DNA of 32,000 nt from Corynebacterium glutamicum ATCC 13032 (GTDB taxonomy: Bacteria; Actinomycetota; Actinomycetes; Mycobacteriales; Mycobacteriaceae): positions 2,640,001 through 2,672,000 of the forward strand of contig NC_003450.3 in assembly GCF_000011325.1 (NCBI RefSeq). Direction: 5' to 3'. Below are positions 9,593 through 17,733 of this stretch, one piece after another. The notes beneath the pieces are model-generated. The model did no database searches. It was not told where the DNA came from and was given only the letters and a program-made list of their open reading frames with translations. A program made the position numbers and the translations under genes. The number at the start of each line of letters is the position of its first letter. Within the stretch, counting starts at the first letter, position 1.

Positions 9593-10168
9593 ATGCTAAA
9601 CATCGCACGCAACCGCAACATGAAGCGTCGACTAGCAATTGCTGCTTTCGTCGCCACCGCAACCGCTACCGCCACCATGGCACCAGCATCCGCGCAAACC
9701 GACTACGCAGGCCTTTCCTCCGGCGTTGCCGACACCGTCGCAGAAGCTGCAGGAGTCGCAACCACCGCCGTCGCACCAGCCGCCACCGTAGCGCGCCCAG
9801 CAAACGGCACCTTCACCTCAGGATTCGGACCACGTTGGGGAACCTTCCACAACGGCATCGACATCGCAAACTCAATCGGCACCCCAATCTACGCCGTCAT
9901 GGCCGGCACTGTCATCAGCTCTGGCCCAGCATCCGGCTATGGACAGTGGATCCGCATCCAGCACGACGACGGATCCATCTCCATCTACGGACACATGGAA
10001 TACCTCTACGTCTCCGTCGGCGAACGCGTCGCAGCAGGCCAGGAAATCGCAGGAATGGGCAGCCAAGGATTCTCCACCGGCTCCCACCTCCACTTCGAGA
10101 TCCACCCAGACGGCGTCACCCCAGTCGACCCACAGGCATGGCTCGCAAACCACGGCATCTACGTTTAA
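9593..10168 (+). CDS. mepA: Secreted M23 (LytM-type) metallopeptidase
   Basis: Signal peptide MKRRLAIAAFVATATATATMAPASAQ. M23 catalytic motifs HNGIDI (HxxxD) and GSHLHFEIH (HxH). ATG 9593 has AAAAGGA 5 nt upstream; the track ORF starts in frame at 9551, and ATG 9620 is also possible. The symbol is from memory of C. glutamicum. Confidence 0.85.
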   Translation: MLNIARNRNMKRRLAIAAFVATATATATMAPASAQTDYAGLSSGVADTVAEAAGVATTAVAPAATVARPANGTFTSGFGPRWGTFHNGIDIANSIGTPIYAVMAGTVISSGPASGYGQWIRIQHDDGSISIYGHMEYLYVSVGERVAAGQEIAGMGSQGFSTGSHLHFEIHPDGVTPVDPQAWLANHGIYV

Positions 10169-10202
10169 GCGCTAGCCGTTCGTGGGATACGGGTGAAATA
10201 AA

Positions 10203-10242
10203 AGAAACTGCAGGTCATCTTAGTTGATGACCTGCAGTTTCT
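10203..10242. terminator. Bidirectional rho-independent terminator shared by the M23 peptidase gene (+) and tRNA-Leu (-)
   Basis: Perfect 17-bp stem (agaaactgcaggtcatc 10203-10219 / gatgacctgcagtttct 10226-10242) with a 6-nt loop. On the minus strand it is followed by TTTTATTT, on the plus strand by GTTTGTG. Confidence 0.85.
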
Positions 10243-10247
10243 GTTTG

Positions 10248-10329
<82 letters not shown>

Positions 10330-10441
10330 TTAATGCGGGTTTTACTATACATGGTGTAGTCCCAAATTAACTAATGCGGGTGACCAACTGCACCGTAAAA
10401 AAAATTCGCTTATCGTAAATCAGCAGGTAGAATAACACTCT

Positions 10442-10906
10442 ATGAGCGAGCCAGGGCCATCCGGGGTTAAAGAAAAGAAGAAAGTAAAGGCAAGTCACAT
10501 TGTCTTTCTTCTCATTTGTTTTATCGCAGCCTGCGCGTTGGCGTGGTGGCAGTGGTCAAGATTCCAGTCCGGGTCTGGAACTTTCCAAAACCTTGGCTAT
10601 GCCTTCCAGTGGCCTCTTATCGGAGCATTCTTTGTTTATGCCTACCGCAAGTATTTGCAGTATGAGAATGAGTCCATTGAGTTAGAAAACATGGAAGCCA
10701 AAATGATGGCGGAGCAAGGCAAAACACCAGTTGCGCAATCAGAGCAGGAAGATAGCTTCGTTCAGCTCTCTCACCGTCCGAGCCTGGTGGAAGATGACAG
10801 CGTCAAGGAAATCGACGAATCCTTCCTGCCGTCTCGCCCGACGATGGATGTGGAAGAGTTCAACAGGTTGAATGATCCGCATGCACGGAGACGTCGAAAA
10901 GCATAA
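10442..10906 (+). CDS. Small membrane protein (Lys-rich N-terminus, two TM helices, acidic C-terminal tail)
   Basis: 154-aa ORF with hydrophobic segments IVFLLICFIAACALAWW and WPLIGAFFVYAY. I recognise no catalytic motif. Confidence 0.65.
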   Translation: MSEPGPSGVKEKKKVKASHIVFLLICFIAACALAWWQWSRFQSGSGTFQNLGYAFQWPLIGAFFVYAYRKYLQYENESIELENMEAKMMAEQGKTPVAQSEQEDSFVQLSHRPSLVEDDSVKEIDESFLPSRPTMDVEEFNRLNDPHARRRRKA

Positions 10907-10986
10907 ACCTGGAACTTTTCCGGGCCCGCGCCCGACTGCTTTGCTGAAGCCCTATCCCGCTATTTTATTTTTGAAGGAAGAGTTGC

Positions 10987-11343
10987 GTGTCTACCACCAC
11001 CCCAATCCACCCTGAGCGCAAGAAACGCGTTCGTCAGGCCCTCACCATGTTCTCCATCGCTGCGTGGGTGACTGGTGTGTTTTTGCTGGCGCTGGTGGCG
11101 GAGATGATCATGAAGTACATAATTGGCATGGATCTTCCTGAGTGGGCACGATTCGTTCCGATTGCACATGGATGGGTTTACATTGTTTTCTTGATGACCA
11201 CCCTGAACCTGGGTCTGAAGGCGCGTTGGAATCCGACTCGTTGGGTGACCACCGCTATCGCAGGTGTGGTTCCGCTGCTGTCGTTTTTTGTTGAGCACAA
11301 CCGCCGCAAGGAAGTTACTCAGACATTCCAGCTGAACTCATAG
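10987..11343 (+). CDS. DUF3817-type integral membrane protein
   Basis: 118-aa ORF with a GTG start and several TM helices. The pattern AHGWVYIVFLMTTLNLGLKARW...TAIAGVVPLLSF is typical of the family as I recall it. Confidence 0.7.
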   Translation: MSTTTPIHPERKKRVRQALTMFSIAAWVTGVFLLALVAEMIMKYIIGMDLPEWARFVPIAHGWVYIVFLMTTLNLGLKARWNPTRWVTTAIAGVVPLLSFFVEHNRRKEVTQTFQLNS

Positions 11344-11355
11344 TTAAATACACAA

Positions 11356-11400
11356 AAACCTCCCCGTCCGATCACTGCGTGTGATCTGGCGGGGAGGTTT
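11356..11400. terminator. Bidirectional rho-independent terminator between convergent genes
   Basis: 20-bp stem 11356-11375 / 11381-11400 with one mismatch and one G-U pair, loop tgcgt. TTTTAGTTTT follows on the plus strand and TTTTTG on the minus strand. Confidence 0.85.
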
Positions 11401-11417
11401 TAGTTTTCCTTAAGGCC

Positions 11418-12038
11418 TTAGCTAGCCGCAGCTACCTGTGCGATCTTCTCAACCAATCCGCGCAGCGCTTGACCTCGGTGGGACAAAGCGTCCTTTTCCT
11501 CTGCGGAAAGTTCAGCGGAGCTGCGTCCTTGTCCATCGATTTCCTCTGCTGGAATGAACAGTGGATCGTATCCGAAACCGTTTTCGCCCTTAGGTCCGCG
11601 TAGGAGTTGGCCTTCCCAACGGCCTTCCTGAACAAATTCTTGGCCGTCCGGAAGTGCAAGCACGCATACGGACACGAAGGCTGCGTTGCGGCGCTCGTCG
11701 GGAACATGTTCCATTTGGGCAAGAAGCAGCTCGTTGTTGGCGGTGTCGTTGCCGTGTGCGCCGGACCAGCGTGCGGACAAAACGCCGGGCATTCCGTTGA
11801 GTTCTTCGACAGCGATGCCGGAATCATCGGCGATCGTGGCGATGCCTGTGTGGGTTACCCCGGCGCGCGCTTTGATCTGTGCGTTGTCGGCAAAAGTGCG
11901 GCCGTCTTCGATCGGCTCGTCGTATGCCTCGACATCACGCAGCGCAAGCAATTCAACGGAATCCAGGCCTGCTTGATCCAAAATCCGCTGGAGTTCTTTG
12001 AGTTTCTTTGCGTTGTTGGATGCAAGAAGAAGTTTCAT
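11418..12038 (-). CDS. rdgB: Non-canonical purine NTP (dITP/XTP) pyrophosphatase, RdgB/HAM1 family
   Basis: 206 aa. N-terminus MKLLLASNNAKKLKELQRIL, plus FGYDPLF and SAEEKDALSHRGQAL motifs typical of RdgB. It lies 26 nt downstream of rph. Confidence 0.92.
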   Translation of the reverse strand: MKLLLASNNAKKLKELQRILDQAGLDSVELLALRDVEAYDEPIEDGRTFADNAQIKARAGVTHTGIATIADDSGIAVEELNGMPGVLSARWSGAHGNDTANNELLLAQMEHVPDERRNAAFVSVCVLALPDGQEFVQEGRWEGQLLRGPKGENGFGYDPLFIPAEEIDGQGRSSAELSAEEKDALSHRGQALRGLVEKIAQVAAAS

Positions 12039-12064
12039 CCGGTGTCCTTAACTCTGTTGTGGTT

Positions 12065-12802
12065 TTAGATTCCCAGTGCAGCTTTTTGGGCAGCAACCAA
12101 TTCGCGGCAGCCCTTTTCAGCGTGGTCAAGCATGTCGTTGAGCTGCGCGCGGGTGAAGGTAGTTTCTTCGCCGGTGCCCTGAATTTCCACGAATTCACCG
12201 TGTTCGGTCATAACAACGTTGAGGTCAACATCGGCGCGGGAATCTTCTTCATATGGCAAGTCAAGGCATACATTACCGTCGACCAGACCAACGGAAACAG
12301 CAGCAACTGGTGCAAGAAGTGGGCTGCCTGGAACAACCCCGCGCTCCTGCAGAACCTTGATGGCATCAGCCAGCGCCACATACGCACCGGTGATCGATGC
12401 AGTACGAGTACCGCCGTCAGCTTGCAGAACATCGCAGTCAATCGCAATGGTGTTCTCACCCAGCTGGGAAAGATCCACAGCTGCACGCAAAGAACGACCA
12501 ATCAGACGAGAAATTTCATGAGTGCGTCCCTTGACCTTGCCGGCCATGGATTCACGACGGTTACGCTCCGCAGTCGCAGCAGGAAGCATCGCGTACTCTG
12601 CGGTCAACCAGCCTTCACCTGAATCACGCTTGAAACGAGGCACACCCAATTCCACAGAAGCGGTGCACATGACACGAGTATTGCCGAATTCTACAAGCAC
12701 GCTGCCTGCAGGGTTGGAAGTAAATCCACGGGTGATTTTGACGGCACGCATCTGATCCTGTGCGCGGCCATCAAAACGAGAAAAGCTGGAAGAAGAAGTC
12801 AT
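12065..12802 (-). CDS. rph: Ribonuclease PH
   Basis: RNase PH signature regions are present (RxDGR...: [15 protein letters not shown]; [18 protein letters not shown]). The start is set at ATG 12802 (245 aa). The track ORF extends to 12889, but that extension ([13 protein letters not shown]...) looks non-coding. Confidence 0.9.
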   Translation of the reverse strand: MTSSSSFSRFDGRAQDQMRAVKITRGFTSNPAGSVLVEFGNTRVMCTASVELGVPRFKRDSGEGWLTAEYAMLPAATAERNRRESMAGKVKGRTHEISRLIGRSLRAAVDLSQLGENTIAIDCDVLQADGGTRTASITGAYVALADAIKVLQERGVVPGSPLLAPVAAVSVGLVDGNVCLDLPYEEDSRADVDLNVVMTEHGEFVEIQGTGEETTFTRAQLNDMLDHAEKGCRELVAAQKAALGI

Positions 12803-13006
12803 GAAATACAGGGTACCTTCCAGCCCAACACCCCCGCGCACCAAGATGCTTTTCGACGCCCACCTCCACCAGTTCAGCCCAAAGCCCACGCGCTAGGGGC
12901 CGAAACTAACAATGCATTGGAGGAGCTAGCTGCTCAACAAACCTCCAAACCACTGGGCAAACAGTGCGGAAAGCCCACCAAAAATGCGGCTGAACACCTT
13001 GAAGAA

Positions 13007-13974
13007 TTAATCCAGAACTGAACCAAGAGTCGATCCAGTAGCTACCGGAGTCTCAGGGTCTTCTGGGACAACAGGAATCTCCCCAGCAATTGTCAGAGTG
13101 GACCAGCCCAGAACATTCGCTGAACCTGTCTTGCCAGCCTCATACACTGCCAACTGATTCTCGCCACCATAACCAGAACGAACAGTGATAGTTACCGTGT
13201 CATCAGCCCCCACAGTCATTCGATCAAAGCTGAATGTCGTTGGGAACAACACCACATCTACATCTTCGCCGGCTGGTAGACCACCGATGGTGATTTCCTG
13301 ACCAGCTTCTGCCTCCGATGGAACTACGAGACTGCCTTGGTTTCCGGCATTGAGATCACTTGCCTGTGGAGCAATTGGCTGTTCACCAGACCTGGACCAT
13401 TAGTGAAATCAACATTAAAGCTCATAGGCGCCTTCTTAGGATCACCTGCGCCATCTGAGGAATACCAGTAGGAAGGCAAGTTGGTATCAAAGTGGAAATC
13501 AAGGAAGCCCTGCGGCCACGCTCCCCAACCTGCACCGGAAGTAACCTGAGAGGTGGCATCCAGTGGGACATCAACAATCACTCCGTCATAATCAGGATTG
13601 CTTGTCACAACACCTTCAGGATCAAGGTTCACTCCCCCAAACGTTGTGATCGTGACATCCTCATACAAGTCAGTCAACGGGGTTTTCTCATTCGGGTTCG
13701 ACATCTCCACTGCATAGCTAGTGAGGTCACCAGTCAAAACACCAGTACCAGCTACAGAAACCTCGAGGTGCGGATTCGTGATGGTAAACGGCACCAAACC
13801 ATCGTAGAAGTTGATGCTGAAAGAACCCTCCCAATCAACGGTCGCTGATCCATCAGGGTTAATGTTTGCTTGTCCACCGCCGAACTCAACGAACTGATCC
13901 ACAGTTGCATCACTAATGTGCGCCGCCTTAGATGCGTAGTCAGGCTCAGTATTGGTAGTGCCATCACTGTGGAT
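13007..13974 (-). pseudogene. 3' portion of a disrupted beta-sandwich/HtaA-like surface-protein gene, with an additional internal frameshift
   Basis: It continues in frame from 17131-17634 once the transposon is removed (…RIIH|SDGTTNTEPDY…). Frame 1 stops at 13324. A second frame is open from 13399 to the TAA at 13007 (…EQPIAPQASDLNAGNQGSLVVPSEAEAGQEITIGG…VLFPTTFSFDRM…), implying a frameshift within 13327-13399, probably ~13380-13399. Confidence 0.7.
13967..13974. repeat. Left copy of the 8-bp target-site duplication CTGTGGAT
   Basis: It directly abuts the outer IR at 13975 and is identical to 17123-17130 in direct orientation. Confidence 0.85.
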
Positions 13975-14817
13975 GGTGCTGTTGCAAAGTTGGGCCAGGG
14001 TCGAAAAGCCCAACCTCAAGACATTAGTTGTCCTTGCTCCGGGGTGCTTAAGCTGTCTCGAATATCCGGCTGACGATCACCGCGTCTGGGTTCGGGTGCC
14101 CGTGAGGTCAAACATCGTGCCCTGGCCTTTCCGTAATGAATGCATCGCTTCCATCCCTTTCAACGTCCGGTAGGCGGAAATTCGGTTTTTGAACGCTCCC
14201 TTCGGCCCCAGGATTCTTTTAAGTCGGCCATGATCTCCCTCGATAACGTTGTTGAGGTATTTCACCTGCCGGTGCTCCACCGTCTGAGGGCAGATTCCCT
14301 CCGCCTTCAGCTCGGATATTGCCTTGGCCAGAGCTGGTGCCTTGTCGGTGTTGATGACCCGCGGGGACCCGGCTGTCGTATTCGATCGCAGCGTCTTGGC
14401 CAGGAAACGCTTGGCCGCAGCCACATTCCGTTTTGGTGAGAGATAAAACTCCAGGGTCTGCCCACCCGCGGTAATAGCCCGGTAGAGATAGCACCACGTG
14501 CCGCCGACCCGGATATAGGTCTCATCCACCCGCCAGGAACTGGCCTGCCAGTCAGGAACCTGCCGGTACCAGCGAGTCTGCTTATCCAGCTCAGGGGCGT
14601 ATTTCTGGACCCAGCGGTAGATGGTGGTGTGATCGACTGGCACACCACGTTCAGTCATCATCTCTTCGAGATCTTAGGTCAGCTCACCCCGTAGCGGCAG
14701 TACCACCGCACCGCCCACAGGATGGATCTCGCGAGGGAAATGCCGACCGGAGAAGATGCCCATGGCTCTGATTATTTCACGCCGGTCTTTCTACTGCCCC
14801 AACTTTGCAACAACACC
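13975..14817 (-). mobile_element. IS6-family insertion sequence, left copy (843 bp)
   Basis: Terminal IRs GGTGCTGTTGCAAAGTTGGGCC (outer) and GGTGTTGTTGCAAAGTTGGGGC (inner, reverse complement of 14796-14817). Both resemble the IS26/IS6100-type GGCACTGTTGCAAA end. The size is typical of the family. Confidence 0.85.
14077..14763 (-). pseudogene. IS6-family DDE transposase with a disrupted N-terminal HTH region; a 194-aa ORF (14077-14661) is intact
   Basis: The product closely parallels the IS6100 transposase as I recall it (DLEEMMTERGVPVDHTTIYRWVQKYAPE…WRVDETYIRVGG…YLYRAI…NTDKAP…HRQVKYLNNVIEGDHGRLK). From ATG 14763 the frame reads MGIFSGRHFPREI. A 1-nt insertion (~14724) then shifts ILWAVRWYCRYGVS out of frame. 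An 8-nt tgacctaa in place of the expected 6 nt then restores the frame but places TAA at 14674-14676. Confidence 0.8.
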
Positions 14818-14872
14818 CTGCTGGGTGCCCGTGCTTTCCGGCACTGGAACCTCACCGCCACCTGATCCCGGA

Positions 14873-16237
14873 TCAGACGTTCGCGGTGTCACTGTCGCGG
14901 TCCTCGTCCGTCTCATCGTCCAGGATGCCGCGGGCACGCTCGACGGCAGGCAGGGAATGATCGGCAGCGGCCGTCACCAGGTCCTCGACCATGGTGCGCA
15001 GCAGCCTCGGAATCATCGCAGAATCCGCCCCGTAGAGATGGATCTCACGGATCACCTCATAGAGCATGTCCGCGATACGTTGCGGCTGGTGCACCACACG
15101 GACCCGACCGTCGTCATCGGCGATGTAGGGGCTGGGCTCGATGACGGTGACCAAATAGCGGAAGATCCGGTGGATCTCCTGGACACACTGGGCCGCCGTG
15201 GCCGGATCATTGATGCCCGGGGACAACGCACGATCGGCAATGTCGACCAGTTGACGCAGTCCGAACGCCACATCCTGGTGAAGTTCCCGCTCGGTCCGCA
15301 CCTCGATGGCCGAGTGCAGAACGCGTCGGTCCCGGTCGCTGAGTTCCCCGTCCCACCAGACCCGCAGCAGCGGCTGGCCCTCGACGAGGAAGTCCCCCAC
15401 CGGCCGGTCGACCGTGATCACCGCCTGGTGTTCCGTCGACCAGGACACCAGCTTCCGGTAGTCGATCCACACCAGCGAACCATGGCTGCCCACCCGGATT
15501 TCTTCCCGGGGGTCACCGGGCCGCGGTGACCAGCCCGGCCCCTGGACTGGGCCTGCGTCGTCGCTCTGCACGGGATAGATACGTGCGGCCAGAGCCATCG
15601 TCTCCTCCCCGATCTCGGAGATGGCGTTGGCCACCCGCATCGAGAAGGTGATGAGCCGGATGAACGCCAGGAACAGTCCCAGACACCCGAGCACCAGCAG
15701 GAAGGCAACCGACACTGAAGCACGGGGGACGAATCCGGTGATGTCCTCGTCCTCGCTCCACACGTACCGGATGACCGTCAGGGAGAACACGAACGTCCCC
15801 AGGAACATCGCCAGGGTGGCCTGCACGATGCGGTTGCGCAGAAAGCCGTTGAGCATTCGCGGGCTGAACTGGCTGCTCACCAGCTGCAGAACAACGAGAG
15901 TGATGGAGAAGATGAGACCGGTCACTGAGATCGTGGAGGCGGCGATGGTGCCCAGCACCTCGCGGGCGGCATCAGGCCCACCCTCAAAAACGAATTTGAG
16001 CGCGGCGTCGGACAACCCACGTTCCCACGTGGGAAGCAGGAAACCGAAAACCAGGGCCGCGACCACGCTGGCAGCCGGTATCGCCCAGAAGGGCCGCCAC
16101 AGCCGGTCCCACCGCGTCTCCCGGGGAACGTCCGGGATCGAACCGCGGATGCGGAAACTCTCGGAGGTACCAGTAGTACCGTGGTCGTTTTTCTTCACCA
16201 CACCATTATGGCATTGACGACGGTTCTCAGTGCGCAC
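14873..16237 (-). CDS. DUF2254-family membrane protein (sole transposon cargo)
   Basis: 454-aa ORF with a GTG start. There are four N-terminal TM helices including the family-typical ITLVVLQLVSSQFSPRMLNGFLRNR. The soluble C-terminal domain carries FGLRQLVDIADRALSPGINDPATAAQ. GC content is visibly higher than in the flanks outside the transposon. The exact start is uncertain. Confidence 0.8.
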   Translation of the reverse strand: MRTENRRQCHNGVVKKNDHGTTGTSESFRIRGSIPDVPRETRWDRLWRPFWAIPAASVVAALVFGFLLPTWERGLSDAALKFVFEGGPDAAREVLGTIAASTISVTGLIFSITLVVLQLVSSQFSPRMLNGFLRNRIVQATLAMFLGTFVFSLTVIRYVWSEDEDITGFVPRASVSVAFLLVLGCLGLFLAFIRLITFSMRVANAISEIGEETMALAARIYPVQSDDAGPVQGPGWSPRPGDPREEIRVGSHGSLVWIDYRKLVSWSTEHQAVITVDRPVGDFLVEGQPLLRVWWDGELSDRDRRVLHSAIEVRTERELHQDVAFGLRQLVDIADRALSPGINDPATAAQCVQEIHRIFRYLVTVIEPSPYIADDDGRVRVVHQPQRIADMLYEVIREIHLYGADSAMIPRLLRTMVEDLVTAAADHSLPAVERARGILDDETDEDRDSDTANV

Positions 16238-16275
16238 TCAGCCGACTTGTTCCACCCGCCTTCACAACAGAAAAC

Positions 16276-17122
16276 GGCTGTTGTGGCGACGTCGGGGCAG
16301 TAGGATCCTCGGCGTGAAATAATTAAGGCCATGAGTCTCTTCTCGGGTCGTCATTTCCCTCGCGAGATCCATCCTGTGGGCGGTGCACAGGTCACTGCCG
16401 CTACGGGCTCAGCTGACCTAAGATCTCGAGGAAATGATGACTTCAGCGCGGAGTGCCGGTCGATCACACCACCATCTACCGCTGGGTCCAGAAATACGCC
16501 CCTGAGCTGGATAAGCAGACTCGCTGGTACCGGCAGGTTCCTGACTGGCAGGCCAGTTCCTGGCGGGTGGATGAGACCTATATCCGGGTCGGCGGCACGT
16601 GGTGCTATCTCTACCGGGCTATTACCGCGGGTGGGCAGACCCTGGAGTTTTATCTCTCACCAAAACGGAATGTGGCTGCGGCCAAGCGTTTCCTGGCCAA
16701 GACGCTGCGATCGAATACGACAGCCGGGTCCCCGCGGGTCATCAACACCGACAAGGCACCAGCTCTGGCCAAGGCAATATCCGAGCTGAAGGCGGAGGGA
16801 ATCTGCCCTCAGACGGTGGAGCACCGGCAGGTGAAATACCTCAACAACGTTATCGAGGGAGATCATGGCCGACTCAAAAGAATCCTGGGGCCGAAGGGAG
16901 CGTTCAAAAACCGAATTTCCGCCTACCGGACGTTGAAAGGGATGGAGGCGATGCATTCATTGCGGAAAGGGTCAGGGAACGATGTTTGACCTCACGGGCA
17001 CCCGAACCCAGACGCGGTGATCGTCAGCCGGATATTCGAGACAGCTTAAGCACCCCGGAGCAAGGACAACTAATGTCTTGAGGTTGGGCTTTTCGACCCT
17101 GGCCCAACTTTGCAACAGCACC
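16276..17122 (+). mobile_element. IS6-family insertion sequence, right copy (847 bp), with degenerate inner end
   Basis: The core and outer ~700 bp are near-identical to the left copy in inverted orientation. The inner IR is degraded (GGCTGTTGTGGCGACGTCGGGGCAG versus GGTGTTGTTGCAAAGTTGGGGCAG). Confidence 0.8.
16331..17020 (+). pseudogene. IS6-family transposase pseudogene (multiple frameshifts)
   Basis: It shares both N-terminal lesions with the left copy. It also has an extra nt in gtgcacaggtcactgccgc, an extra nt after ATGATGACT (…acttcagcgcggagtgcc…), and an extra nt near the 3' end. The last gives LRKGSGNDV* where the left copy reads LRKGQGTMFDLTGTRTQTR*. Confidence 0.8.
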
Positions 17123-17130
17123 CTGTGGAT
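17123..17130. repeat. Right copy of the 8-bp target-site duplication CTGTGGAT
   Basis: It directly abuts the outer IR ending at 17122 and is identical to 13967-13974. Confidence 0.85.
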
Positions 17131-17634
17131 GATGCGTACATCCCTATCAGTTGACTCGTAGGTCAATGCAGATCCATCAGACACACCAGCGGATAGGTAG
17201 TTGGAGTCACCAAATAGTGGTCGTGATTGTACTTCCTCACTAATACCCCAACGCAGTACAACATCATCAATGCTCAGACCATCATCAGGGATCTCGGTTG
17301 CAGAACGCACCGTGAGAACAGCTTCCCTCGACATCGTGGGGCCAGAAGCATTAGTAGCAACGGCACATAACCTTGCTCCAGACTGATCAACTGCCGTATC
17401 AGTCACGGTTAAGGAGGTGAGTCCATCTGCCGTAGTGACCTGGAAGTTGTTGTCGGTGTTAATCCTGATCCAGACTCCATTGTTGCGGTATTCCCAGTAG
17501 ACATTTTCAGCTTCGAGCGGGTCCCGACACCTGGCAAAACCTTTGTTTAACCTGTCAGTAGTACTTAACGCTCCTCCCAAATTACCCTCGGGTTTAGACA
17601 CAAAAATAGCCCCTTCCGGGGCTAAATAATCCAT
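17123..17634 (-). pseudogene. 5' portion of the disrupted surface-protein-like gene (Ig-like domain)
   Basis: The ORF starts at ATG 17634 with an in-frame TAG immediately upstream. It contains an I-set-like pattern (YWEYRNNGVWIRI…LTSLTVTDTAVDQSGARLCAVATNASGPTMSREAVLTV). No signal peptide is visible. It is truncated by the IS at 17122. Confidence 0.65.
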
Positions 17635-17733
17635 CTACCAGGTATTTAGAAGTGCTCGTAATTTCAACAGCTCCAACTAAGCGAATTACCGCAATTACAG
17701 AATCACCAAAGCTACCTTATTAGTACAAACGGA

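Larger units (their letters stand above)
13975..17122. mobile_element. IS6-family composite transposon (IS - DUF2254 gene - inverted IS), 3148 bp
   Basis: Identical outer IRs GGTGCTGTTGCAAAGTTGGGCC at 13975-13996 and, reverse-complemented, at 17101-17122. It is flanked by an 8-bp direct repeat, and the flanking ORF halves rejoin in frame when it is removed. Confidence 0.88.

Noticed and set aside
9529-10227. 232-aa Arg/His-rich ORF on the plus strand
   Set aside because: It is an alternative frame of the M23 peptidase gene. Its extreme R/H/P composition is a frame artefact.
12008-12622. 204-aa plus-strand ORF
   Set aside because: It is antisense to rph/rdgB, which carry clear family motifs. 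No motif or RBS is present.
12803-12889. N-terminal extensions of track ORFs (rph 12803-12889; also murI 19459-19566, rhomboid 21419-21499, S58 22330-22377, clpS 23184-23276, CAP 23438-23512)
   Set aside because: The extensions lack family similarity and overlap upstream genes or promoters. Internal starts with better RBS or overlap-coupling give family-typical lengths.
14219-14648. Off-frame ORFs within the IS copies (e.g. 14307-14648, 14219-14497, mirrored at 16331-16789 and 16599-17081)
   Set aside because: They are alternative frames of the transposase gene. They are duplicated only because the IS is duplicated.
14756-16217. Plus-strand ORFs 14756-15529 (257 aa) and 15621-16217 (198 aa), and several minus-strand off-frame ORFs
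   Set aside because: They are antisense or off-frame to the DUF2254 gene in very GC-rich DNA, with Arg/Pro/Gly-rich nonsense composition.
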